This document shows, in pieces, positions 35,770-47,542 of a stretch of 64,000 nucleotides of DNA (position 1 is the first letter of the stretch; each line of letters starts with the position of its first letter). This stretch comes from Phoronis australis (lineage: Eukaryota; Animalia; Phoronida). Under the pieces are notes generated by a model. It made no database searches. It was not told where the DNA came from and saw nothing but the letters and a program-made list of their open reading frames with translations. The position numbers and the translations under genes were made by a program. The stretch is from the NCBI GenBank assembly GCA_002633005.1, contig NMRA01000031.1, positions 520,888 through 584,887 on the forward strand. The letters are read 5' to 3'.

Positions 35770-38299
35770 CAGTGGCGGATCTACGTTTTCAGCAAGGGGG
35801 GGTTTAGGATTCCCGCCAAGGTCGAATCGTAGGCGCGTGGCGCCGAGCGGGGTGAGGTCGGGAGGGGGGTTTCCCCTCCCGTTTAAGATATTTTTTTGTT
35901 TTTGACAGAGGCGGATCTACAGGGGGGGTTCAGGGGGTTTAAACCCCCCCCTCAAGACAGGATCAAAAATAAAACCTGGAAAAAAATCTCCAGAAAAACG
36001 AAATTAGCTACTAAAAATCCAAAAAAATCCTACACGGGAGGAGGGAAACCCTCTCGCGACCTTCCTTCTCCTCGGCGCTACGCGCCTCGGATTCTTTCGA
36101 ATCCTAAACCCCCCCTTACTGAAATCGTAGATCTGCCACTGTTTGTAACCAAATAGTGAAATTTCCATGCATCCTGGTAAGTTTCTGGCACTTAACATGT
36201 CTCTGGAGTTTTTCTTAAGATAATTAAAAACCCTTCTAGATTTCGTCACAGGAACTTGGCACATAAGTTTCGTGAAACCATATTGTGCGCATCTGGGTAT
36301 GAGTCACGCCACCAGCAAAAATTTTTGTTGGAACATCTGCTTACACACACCTTTTTTAGCATACGAAAAGTCGTATACGAAAAAGTTTGGTGTGTATACA
36401 GGGGTTTAGACAATTTCCAAATATTCAAGAGAGAGCATAATTAAGGAGCACCGACGGGGCGTAAAAACTTGAATATCGGATGATCGCGCAACAGCAGCCT
36501 CAAGTTGTTTAAGAACGAAGACCTGTACTGTTCGTCCGGAAATAAACATGTGTTCTGTCTCGTTACGAGAAAAACTGGCGAACGATGGTGCTCTCAACTC
36601 ATAGTCTATTATTAAAAGCGACAATAAATAATTAGGTATCACTTTATTAAGCTGAATCACGTTGAAAACAATTGAAAAACGTCAAATCTATCAGGAAACA
36701 AATCATCTGAAAACAGTTTCACGAAACCAAAACATCCTGTGCACAGTGGTGAAAAGATACACTGGACTAGTTTGCAGAGGGACCAGAAGTACACTGAGAG
36801 TACACAAAAAGTTGACCTGGTCCGTCACGAGACCAAGAGTTCACCTGTGCTTATTATGCCTATAAAAATAGTCGATCTGTCGCGGGACCAAACAGTACTG
36901 GCTGAGATAAATAGTTTTACAAAGCACATTTTGGTAAAAAATCACAAGACTAGTTCGCCGAGGGACCAGAAGTACACTGAAACTCAACATCTACACAAAT
37001 CAAGCTGGCCTGGTCCGTCGTGAGACCTAAAGTGTACTATGCAAAAAATTTGAATTGAAAACTTCTTTCTAAAACTTTAATCCCCAGTGGTTACTCATAC
37101 GTTAGTCCTGTCGGCTTCTGTTGTCTAGACTGCCGAGGAATTTGTATATCGGATCCAATGATTTACTCGTCTTGGAACCATTCTACCCAGATATCTTGGA
37201 TGTTTATTCCCAACGCTTGCACTTCGTCAACTGCTGTGTCAATGAGCTTGTGAGCCTCTACAATGTCAGCATCTCGTTTCGCAGCTCAGTTGACACTAAG
37301 ACCCTTGAGGTTGCCAAGGTCATTCGAAAGACTTATATATGCAACTAAATTTGATCCGTTCATCATGTACTACTGAACCTTGACGAAGCATCCCAGGACC
37401 TATTTGCATGTCTTGCAATTTTCGAAATAAACGTCCCAATGTCTGAAAGCTTGAAACCCGAAGTACTAATATCAAATAAATGCCCATGGGCATGAGCGTT
37501 TCATCGGGTGAGCCTTTCTGCGGAAATTCCCAGTATAGAAGACGGCAGTGTGCTTATTGCAGGTAGACAGACGGTAGGTGTTGAGGTCGGCACTAGGGCT
37601 CCTTAGGANNNNNNNNNNNNNNNNNNNNNNNNNNNNNNNNNNNNNNNNNNNNNNNNNNNNNNNNNNNNNNNNNNNNNNNNNNNNNNNNNNNNNNNNNNNN
37701 NNNNNNNNNNNNNNNNNNNNNNNNNNNNNNNNNNNNNNNNNNNNNNNNNNNNNNNNNNNNNNNNNNNNNNNNNNNNNNNNNNNNNNNNNNNNNNNNNNNN
37801 NNNNNNNNNNNNNNNNNNNNNNNNNNNNNNNNNNNNNNNNNNNNNNNNNNNNNNNNNNNNNNNNNNNNNNNNNNNNNNNNNNNNNNNNNNNNNNNNNNNN
37901 NNNNNNNNNNNNNNNNNNNNNNNAATCAAATCAAAACATATCTAAGAGTAAAGAAGCTAGTTACCTAAAGAAATCAGCTATAGAACTGCTCTTTCAGCGG
38001 TGAATCCATCTAAAATGCTTGGCTACTTCAGAAGTGTCGACGGAAGCGCGCGCACCATAAATCCCCGCGCGTTTTGCCGATGAGACACAAAGACTCAACA
38101 ATTCACAATGCAAAAAACTATATTTTCAGAGTGAACCCCCCCCTCATTTTTTTCCAAGTTGGTTTACTTGGGGTTTACACACGCTGGCGGTGCCGTTTTT
38201 GTTTTGCTTGAGACGCTTTTGTTTTTTTTTTTTAATTTTTGGGTCCTGGCCCGAGGGGGGGTTTAAACCCCCTGAACCCCCCCCGTAGATCCGCCACTG
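35770..38299 (-). mobile_element. decayed hAT (Tip100/PRKRIR-like) element(s) with interleaved TIRs and a degenerate transposase fragment
   Basis: TIR ends: CAGTGGCGGATCTAC (35770), CAGAGGCGGATCTAC (35906), GTAGATCTGCCACTG (to 36141), GTAGATCCGCCACTG (to 38299). The minus strand at ~37110-37330 translates 'LKGLSVN*AAKRDADIVEAHKLIDTAVDEVQALGINIQDIWVEWFQD', resembling hAT-Tip100 transposases. Internal ~190-bp repeats lie at 36765-37040. Confidence 0.7.
37609..37923. other. assembly gap (N run)
   Basis: Run of Ns. Confidence 1.
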
Positions 38300-41106
38300 A
38301 TTAAATTATATGGTTTAAGAAGTTCAGCAACAGAGTACTCAATCGATTGATGTGCGACGGTGGTTGAAAGCCGCGGTCGGTCGACCGGTGAGCGGCGTGC
38401 CCGATCGACTAGGGCTGAGTCGGCAGGCCGGGATCTCGGATTACAATTCATTGACAAATAAGGAAGCGAGTCATTACCGGAAGTCGCCCGGTTCAGTAGG
38501 CTAACACTCAAGCGGTGTTCAACAAGCGCTCTTGCCCAATACCTACTCGAAAGAATACCTAGGTCTAGGTTAGTATCAATTGCGTTATTCACTTAAAAAA
38601 GTTGTTGAGGAACGTGATAAAATGATCTTGTTTTCGGCAGCCTGACGTTCAGCGCAGGCCACGGAGTTGGTCCGATACGCTTGCCGGACTAGACAGTACT
38701 CCACAGTAGGCCTACTCTGTACTAGTGACTAGTGGCCTACCACATTGCCCACAGGCACCGGTCGCCGAAGCCTTTCGGCGAATTATGCCTCACACTGATT
38801 AAACCGGCATCAAAGTCTCGTTTCTATAAAAACCTTTTGTGCACAGAGGGGCACCTTATCAAGCCATTGATTCAGCTTGAACAGATACTCTCCCAAACTT
38901 GTTTTCGAACTGAATTCGTCCAGTTGCCCAAATTGGCTACTGGCCATTTTTACACTGCGCGCGCCAGGACATATGACTTCATAGGCCTATCTGACTGGCT
39001 GCAGAAGACCAATCCCAAAATGCTTGGCCACATGTTAAGAATCTTCCAATTATCCCCATGTTTTCTTACGATCAGACAAAGTCACATTTTTTGGCCAGGT
39101 CATGTAATTTATAAGAATAAAGTATGGCTGTGATTGATAGCAATTTGCATGTAAGTGTCAGGACAAATTTCACTCTTGAGCAGCTTGTATAGTGAAAACA
39201 ATGACTTCAGAGCGACGACTTCAACCACTCATGTAAATGAATGAGCATGTAATCGGGACCAAGAAACATAAAACTTATGCAGACTCGAAGAGTTGCGCAA
39301 TGTCGAGGTTGCTTGTACAAGTAAAAAATATATTTTGACGCTAGTCTACATAATGTATAGTCGATCTACACAAAGCTAGCTGGCACTGCTTGAATATAGT
39401 GGTTTGCAATTTAAAGGGCCAGTTTCTTGCACTGAACAATAAACCAGTTATTCAGTGATTAGATTTTTCTCAAAATCAGGGATCGCTTTGTATACAACTT
39501 GTGTTGACAGTGCGTTGTTGTCTGTAGCAGAAATGTTCCTCTTCCAGCTGCTCAACTGGAGATCGCTAAAGAACAGAAGAGCCAATCAAACTTGTATTAT
39601 TCTATATTAATTTTCTGTTCATGTTGGTGGTAAGGTTGCAGTGAAGCTCCTTTTGTGCCATTCTTCTGGAGTGTAAAAATCAAATTTCCAGTAGCAGGAT
39701 CTAACCTAGAATCACAGTCGATTAAACCTGTCATGCAAGCCTTTTGTGTTGGTACACAATATTGTGGTTTACCTGGTCAGAGCTTACAGTACAGTCACAT
39801 TTAAAGGAATCAACAGGTGAAAGTTAAGTCTAATTTCTCTGAAAGTCAACAGTTTTTCTCCAGATTTTACAGTTTTTTGGTGAAAGTATTTCATGCAAAA
39901 CACATCTGCTTCACGACATGTGTTGAAAGTCGTTTGCAAATAGTATTTTTAAATATCCGCCTCCGGCTCACTGTTAACAACATAATCACTGGATTACCTG
40001 AGCTTATCAGATGAAAACAGACAATAAGAGAGCTAGACTATGAAAACACTGGTTTGTCACTGTCACACTAATAATGCCATGGCTGTATCCCCACTGACCC
40101 ACCACTCAGTGGGGATACTCATTCCACAGCGCGTGCGTAACGGATGACAAATCCTACTTAGACCAGCTGAGACGATAGCATTGCCTACCCTTGGTACAAA
40201 ACTGTATGAATATGGAACCCCTACATTTTAGCAATCTGAATAATCTGGAAATGATGACAGCCAGTTATTTCCACTAATTATCAGATGTAAATGGGTCTCA
40301 GTCCGTTCCGGTTGATTTAGATGGCTAAAATTTAAGATTGCCCATAAATACACAGATCGGGGTTCGTGGTTGTAAAAATCAGTAAAACAAAATCTCACAA
40401 AAACTTCATGCCATTAAAAACTGCACTTAGCTGTGACTGAATTTTGAGTTGACTGACTCTGAATGATGTTGAATCATTGGGACTTGAATAGTGGTCACCA
40501 ACCTCTACAGACCATGTTTGCAACATCTTTGTCACCCTCGATGACATTCAGTGATAATTGCTGATTGGCTGTGTTAGCTTTGCACGTGATGGCCCAATGT
40601 TACTATTAGGATTTTCTTACAAAATTTGAAGAAATTTTAAAAATCGAGTGCCTATTTTTCTTTGAGTAATTTTAGAAGTGTATGCACAGTGTTAGTATGG
40701 CATGGAAGTTCTGGGAGGTTTATAGTCAACTCCTCAGGATAATGAATGAGTCTTTAATAGGTTAGGTTGAGCACAAACCTAGGCTCTTATGACTTCATTG
40801 GAAAGTTTTACAGTCTCTCAAACACTTGCCTTAAATGCTGAATCTTGGAAATCGGGCATCTTCCACTTTCAAAAAGTCAACCCACATTTAGACCAATAAT
40901 GCCCCAAAAATTAATATCTGATCCGTGCGTTAATGTTTTGCTTTTGCTTTGTTTTGACAATAAATGCCTTTTTCTGGCTTTTGACATTTTTCTCAAATAA
41001 TGAGTGTGCTTGACCTTTTCGAATTTTGTTTTGTTATGTGAGCCGCATTTCAACTTTTTTAACGTACCTTAATTTGTTGTTTCATTGTTTCAGAAACTCT
41101 TGTGTA

Positions 41107-43080
41107 ATGGCTGTTGAGGAAAACAGGGACTCTTTTGAAACTTTCTTTGCTGCAGTCAACGAAGTCTGTTGTAGTGACAGTTTCGTCAATGTTTTTCGGG
41201 ATCTCAACAGTGACGAAGAGCGTGTTGGATATCTCTACTCTCTGGAGGTAGTTAAAGAGTACAACGTTGAAGCAGATCTTCACTGGACCAGAAAATCTCA
41301 AGAAGAGTCTGTTAAGCTTCGTAATGAAGGCAATACATTTTTTCAAAAGAAAAAGAATGTCGCTGCGTTGAGTAGATACAACAAAAGTGTTGCATGTGCA
41401 CCACTAGATGGAGATAAAAGAGAACTGGGGCTTGCGTTAGCCAATCGGTCAGCTGTGTTTTTCCATTTGAAGAAATACAAAGAGTGTGTGGCAGACATTG
41501 AATGTGCGTTTGAGTGTGGCTATCCCAACGAATTAGCTTACAAGCTCCATGATCGACAAGGAAAGTGTTTACTTAGGCTAGGACAGGTAGATAATGCCAA
41601 GGTGAGCTTCGAAAAGGCAACGACACTGTTGGGAAGTTCTAAATTGGATGACAAAAAGAGGGCATCATGGTTAAGTGACTTGGGATGCCAAATGAAAAAC
41701 TGCCAAATTACCGATAACAAAAAGGTTAACTGTGAGATAAAATCTGTTAAAGCGCACAAACTTCCTTCATTAAAATGTCAGAACCCTAAGTTTCCTTCTT
41801 TGGCTGCTGATGTTGGCGTGAATCAGAGTGAAGAGAGAGGTCGCTTCCCCTATGCCGAACGTGATATCAAAATTGGAGAGATTGTTGCTATTGATAAGCC
41901 TTATGCGTCAGTTGCAGTTCCTGCTGAGATATTTTCTCATTGTCACGAGTGTTACACATTTGTGCATGCAGCAGTGCCTTGTCAGCATTGTTCATTTGTT
42001 GTTTACTGTAGCGAGCAGTGTCGCCAGTCATCCTGGGACAGACATCATTCAGTGGAGTGCCCTCTATTGCCAGCTGTATACAGCAGTGATGTTGGGCTTG
42101 GGCGCCTGGCATTGAGAACAGCAATTGTGACTGGGATGAGTGGAATGAAACAAGTTCACAGCAACTCAACTACTGACACTGATGGCATAGTGGGCTGCGA
42201 TAAGGATGGTGTGTTTGGTACTAGCTATGACTCCATCTATCACTTAGTTAATCACTCTGATAAGCGTGCAGTTGGTGATCTAGTTCGCATGACAGCAGTC
42301 ACGGTGTACCTCACAAAATTGCTGTGCAAAGTGAATTTTCTGGATGAATCTGAATCCGATTTTATCCTGGTCGCGAGTCATATCTTACGTAATATTCAGA
42401 TGATGCCGTGTAATGCTCACGAGGTGTCTGAATTAGAACTGGATAAGAGATCTGTAGCCACATCCAAAAAGATTGAAATTGGTTCAGCTATCTACGCTAC
42501 GTGCAGCTTATTCAACCATTCATGTGACCCTAATGTTGTGCGTCACTCTTATAAGGACGTCTGTGTTGTACGCGCCATTCGTCAGATTCACAAAGGTGAG
42601 GAGCTTGTTGACAACTATGGCTACCTGTCTGCTATGACCCCTCTACAGAGGCGTCTGTTCAGACTCAATAAGCAGTATTTCTTCACATGTTCTTGTATAG
42701 CATGTGCCAATGACTGGCCTCAGTATTTAGAGATGGAGGATAGTCTACCAGTATTCAAGTGTGTCAAGTGTTCAGGAGCGGTCTGTATCCGTAGCGACAG
42801 TTACGACAACTTGTACTTATGTGTTGACTGCAACCTTCCACAGGACATCAGCGGTAAATTCGACGTCTGGAACCAGTCACACATAAAGTATTCTCGCGTC
42901 ATGGAAGCTCTTAAGTCATCATCGAGTGAGTTGGATGTGAAACCGTGGATCAAAATCTTGACTAGCCATTTGAGGTTGTTGGATGATTTGGCATGTCGGC
43001 CATGTAAGGAGTACAATGAATGTCAGGAAGCCTTAAAACAGTGTTGGAGCATTAAAGCCAACTGTCATGTGGTGAATTAA
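41107..43080 (+). CDS. SMYD4: SMYD4-like SET and MYND domain lysine methyltransferase with N-terminal TPRs, single coding exon (~657 aa)
   Basis: TPR 'LRNEGNTFF...LALANRSAVFF', S-sequence 'ERGR', MYND 'CHEC...CQHC...YCSEQC...HHSVEC', SET 'SLFNHSCDPN...GEELVDNY', post-SET 'YFFTCSCIAC'. An acceptor cag at 41093 precedes the likely ATG at 41107. Confidence 0.92.
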   Translation: MAVEENRDSFETFFAAVNEVCCSDSFVNVFRDLNSDEERVGYLYSLEVVKEYNVEADLHWTRKSQEESVKLRNEGNTFFQKKKNVAALSRYNKSVACAPLDGDKRELGLALANRSAVFFHLKKYKECVADIECAFECGYPNELAYKLHDRQGKCLLRLGQVDNAKVSFEKATTLLGSSKLDDKKRASWLSDLGCQMKNCQITDNKKVNCEIKSVKAHKLPSLKCQNPKFPSLAADVGVNQSEERGRFPYAERDIKIGEIVAIDKPYASVAVPAEIFSHCHECYTFVHAAVPCQHCSFVVYCSEQCRQSSWDRHHSVECPLLPAVYSSDVGLGRLALRTAIVTGMSGMKQVHSNSTTDTDGIVGCDKDGVFGTSYDSIYHLVNHSDKRAVGDLVRMTAVTVYLTKLLCKVNFLDESESDFILVASHILRNIQMMPCNAHEVSELELDKRSVATSKKIEIGSAIYATCSLFNHSCDPNVVRHSYKDVCVVRAIRQIHKGEELVDNYGYLSAMTPLQRRLFRLNKQYFFTCSCIACANDWPQYLEMEDSLPVFKCVKCSGAVCIRSDSYDNLYLCVDCNLPQDISGKFDVWNQSHIKYSRVMEALKSSSSELDVKPWIKILTSHLRLLDDLACRPCKEYNECQEALKQCWSIKANCHVVN

Positions 43081-43559
43081 TGACCAGTTGGCTCATGCAG
43101 TGTGAGATGCCATCATAACTCAGTACCAGTGTGGGTATCATGTTATGTCATTTATACTGCAGGGCATAACAATTAGCAATCGGACAAAGTGCCATTTTCC
43201 TGTCATAACTGCTAATTCTGTTAACAGCAAAAATGACTGGTAATAAATATGGCAGAAGAATTCTAATTACCCTTAGCTACATCACTAAATGTCCTGTTTA
43301 TTCCCTTTCATTCTCAGCGGTAACGGAAGCCTACTTTGATGATGAATTTAGCTTCCGCTTAGCCGTCATGACGGGAAATACCGTGTCAGTTTATCTGTAC
43401 TTTTGATATGTACTGCAGCTCAGGTGTACTCTCCTTCACTTGGTAGGTCAGAACGAGGTTTCTATTTGAAGAGGAGATTTTGCATGGACACTTCTCTTGG
43501 GTATGACTTGATTTTATTAATAACAAGCATATTTCAGTTTGTAACTTTTGTAACTTGCA

Positions 43560-46500
43560 GGATCCTAGAAAAATGACCCAATTTGGCTTACTTCAGAACA
43601 TCATATCTCAAAAATGGTCTTTCGGATTCAATATGCAATGTTCTCTAAAACCCAGTTGTGTTTAAATTGATCCACTTTAACATGTGGGACTATCAAAACT
43701 ATGACTTATGTTTTTACGAAAATAAAAACAGAAAGTTGCATCAAACTAAAATGTAATAAATTGTAACAGAGTTTTTGAATGAGATTCAAATGAAATTTGG
43801 TGAATATTGTTGGTAACATTTTTGCAATGATTGTACCTTTCTTTTTCCTGAATTGTTTTTAAAAAATCACAAATTAATTTAAGTCAAAACTCAAAATCTA
43901 CAGGCTTTTTGCTTTCAGAAAATGTAATACTTTCTCCAATTAAATTTTATTGTAAGTTATAAATATTTGGCTGAATGCATTTAGCGATAAAGTCCCACAT
44001 AACAGTCTAATAGAAATTAATAGGCTTTTTGTTGGGTAGTAACAGTAAAGAACAGACATCTGTGCTTCTTGTTTTAAAGTCTGCGAGTGAAATTGTCAAA
44101 AACCTGGCCCTTAACCTGTGATACAACATTGAAATCCTGGCTTAAGATTTGTTATCAACTGGTCACAATTTAAAATGCAAGAACCGAACTCAAAGTTGTA
44201 TGTAGCCAATTTCCGTTTTTGGAATATTTTAAAGTACATGCACTTGAATTTTTTTGGTGTGCATTTTTGTTGTGTGCCAGTATTGACCATCTTGCTACAC
44301 TCTGATACTGTTAACATTAGATTAAATTACATTGTCTGGTGTTAACAGGGAATTTGTATCACGTTTAGTCCTCATTATAACTTGTTGATTTAGAAATAAG
44401 AGTGTCTGTTTTAGGTAATACAGATACTTCCGTTTGTTGTTCGCTACAGGAAGTTCCATACCTGAACAGTTACTCTCGTTCCATTTAGCAACTAAGTATG
44501 TGACTCGATGGCTGTAGACATAGCAAGAAATATATCCAGGTTTAATTATGAAAGCATCTTTATTAACCACTAATAAGATGATAACAGATAATGAGCATTA
44601 TGTATTCAATAACAATAACAGATTAGCGTTATGTTACAGTAATACTGGTTATCAACATTCAGACCATTAGATTAACACCATACTATGCTTACACAATCAA
44701 TCCTATAAGGCACTGTGCATATCAGTGGGTATTACTTTAGAACATAATCTGAGTAGCCATTTTACGACATAGCAAGGACATAATTATCAAAGCTAGAAGG
44801 TAATAGAGTAGTTGATGAATAGTGTTCAGTGTTCTCGAATAGGGATTTAATAGTGTGGGATTTCCCATTTTTTAGAGTCCGCCATCATGCTGTCAAATTA
44901 CCAGTTGTACGGAGGGATGTTGAAATGATTTCCGTAAAAATCTGATGTCCAGGAACATGAACATGGAATAAAGAAGCGAAGAAGCAACAGAGCTTCACCA
45001 TAGATTAGATTAATTAATTATTAATTATTAATCTACGGTATCACATAGTAGTTTATCTCGTGGAATCCGTCCATTTATAATCAGAGACTGACATAGGTGC
45101 TAAATATGTAGTGTGCACATTAAACCAGAAGAATCTATTTAGTATTAAAGAGTTCTTTCACTGCCTCTGCCAAACGCTACTGATCATTTTTGTGTTAATC
45201 CATATTAATTAAACAAAGCTTAAATCATTGGTTTATATGTTAACTGTACTGTTTCAACAGTCCCGTTCTTACATAAACACTCGGATGCGTATACATTCAA
45301 GGTCCATACAAACATATTTAAATAAATCTTGTAATTTACAATTGACCTATCGCAAGTTCCGCCCCCTTGTGAAAAGTCGACAAACAATAACTTTTACCCG
45401 ACAACGTGTTATTGGTCGGGTAAAAAGGTGGCTTGGAAACGAAGGTAGGTCGAGAATGCTGCGTTCTGATTGGTTAGTTAAGCCGTCACTCAAAATCCTG
45501 GCGATAGGTCAATTGCTAGCTTAACAATGTTAACCTATATAAACTTAACATATTTCATTACACTTGTTCAAAAGCCAGCATTGTAACACCATGGAAACAG
45601 AGATAAAAGATTTTAACAGTAAATGGTAAACAACACTGAGATCTCATCGGCAATAAAATACTAGCAACACCATTTGTAACAATAACATGACTAGGTTACA
45701 TTAAAGTTTCTCCAAACAGAAGATTAAGTGAAGTTAATTCAGACCACTTCAAACTGACCTCGTTAATCCAACTAATGAGAAGTGATTTTTGGTTTTGCAA
45801 AGAACTCGCTGTTCGTTATTCTTCAAGACCACGCTCTGTGCATAAAATTACACGGCGTGACACGCCCACTTGTAGGGCCTAATCTCTAGCATTTATGAAC
45901 TATTAGGTCTCTCGAAGCACCAAATTCTTCAGTTTACCTGAGGAAAAGTTGAAAATGATTTCAACATGGTAAGTGGGCTAAATCAAAAGTTTTTTAAGAT
46001 GGAAGCTAGGTTTAATGCCACGTTCAATTTTCTTTTAAATTAATAATGTTATGACATATTTTTGAACGTGAAAGACTTTCTGGTCACCCAGTGGGTTATT
46101 TATAATAAACACATGACAATAAAAATCGTATTAAAAAGTATGTATTTGGACAAATATTAAAATAACTAATAAAATTTAATAAACTATGAAAATGTATTAT
46201 ATTTTCTAAATCTGTGTATTCAAGTTACTTCATACCAAGCTACTATTAATTGGGTCATGTGGTCACTTCCTTTTCACAAAATAAGAATACATTTATGACA
46301 ATAACATATAACCAAAATGATACAAATCTATGAGATGAAATCTCAAACAAATGCATTAAGATTTTCTAAATTATCCTAGTTTTCATTTTATGCAAAATTA
46401 ATTTATATTTTTTCCCAAAAAAAGCCTGTAAGTCCCAATTTTTGATAGTCCCCAAAGTGGGTTTGATAGTTCCTAATGCCAAAGTGGGACACTATAAAAG

Positions 46501-46635
46501 ACAATATTCCTGATAGCGGTTTGTTTCAGAGCAGTAAATAAAGTACATTATCCAAAACTTTCATTGAAATCTGATCAGTCATTTCTGAGATATGTTTGAA
46601 AGTTAGCCAAATTTAGACATTATCCTAGGGTCTCA
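43560..46635. repeat. inverted pair of a dispersed repeat family (43560-43700 vs 46435-46635); further copies at ~25430-25470 and ~22760-22800
   Basis: 'ctagaaaaatgacccaatttggcttacttcagaacatcatatctca' is the reverse complement of 'tgagatatgtttgaaagttagccaaatttagacattatcctag'. Also 'tgggactatcaaaa' / 'ttttgatagtcccc'. Confidence 0.6.
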
Positions 46636-47542
46636 CTTCACCCTAAAATATTAGGCTGATGTTGCAGACGCAACAAATTATGCACAACGACACAACGGAA
46701 ACGTTTTTTCAAGAGATCCCATCCATTTATCTTTGTCGATCTCTGATGCCAAAAATGAAATTGTCAGGCATAGCTTTTCATTTCGCATGCCGAAAGCAAT
46801 TTGAGATCCAGGAATTGACTGAATCAATGCCCAAACACTAGATGGAGTAACCAGTCTGTGCGTACCGGCTTGGGTGACCTCAACAAACCAATCTGAGACT
46901 GTAATATGCAACGTTTTTCCAACAAGTGCGGTATAACACGGTAAAAACTCCCCAGTTTGGGATACCGAAAAAGCATTATTTTGCTCAAGGTCAGAGCTTG
47001 TACCAAGTTTTAGAAATGGGCAATATTGAGCATTCTAAACTGATCATTTACCTCAACGTTACACCATGGAAGTGCATAAAAACATTACGTTGGCAGCTGT
47101 TTTATGCACCTCCAAACCTGTTTTCAGGTTCTGTTGATACAAAAGAAAAAGTCTATTACCTGAGAAAGATGCTGGATGCCAAAATCGCAAAAGGATAAAT
47201 GGCAAAAACCTTGAGAATCACAAAAATTCAACTTCAGCTTCAATTTCAGCATTGTTTATTTTAAAGACTATCACAAACTGGGAAATTTTTAGCATAAACT
47301 TAATAAGCACATATTAAAACCTAAACTAGGAAAAAGTTACGATAGAATTAAAATATAAAATGAAAATCAACAACACTACACAGTACTACTAAACTGACAA
47401 AGTAATCAAATAACACATCCCAATACTACCTGCCTCATCACATGAGGCTTTTAATAAAAAAGTTAACAAATTTTACCACAACAACCAGAAATTTCGCTGA
47501 CTAGAAATTATTCTCACACACCATTACACACGACATGCAAAC

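Noticed and set aside
36765-37040. CRISPR-like repeat-spacer array
   Set aside because: It has only 2-3 diverged ~190-bp units inside a hAT remnant, in a eukaryotic context with no cas genes.
37578-38003. ORFs spanning the N run
   Set aside because: These are artefacts of the assembly gap.
41026-41106. N-terminal extension of the SMYD4 ORF from a TTG start
   Set aside because: It is mostly intronic polypyrimidine/acceptor sequence; the ATG at 41107 is more plausible.
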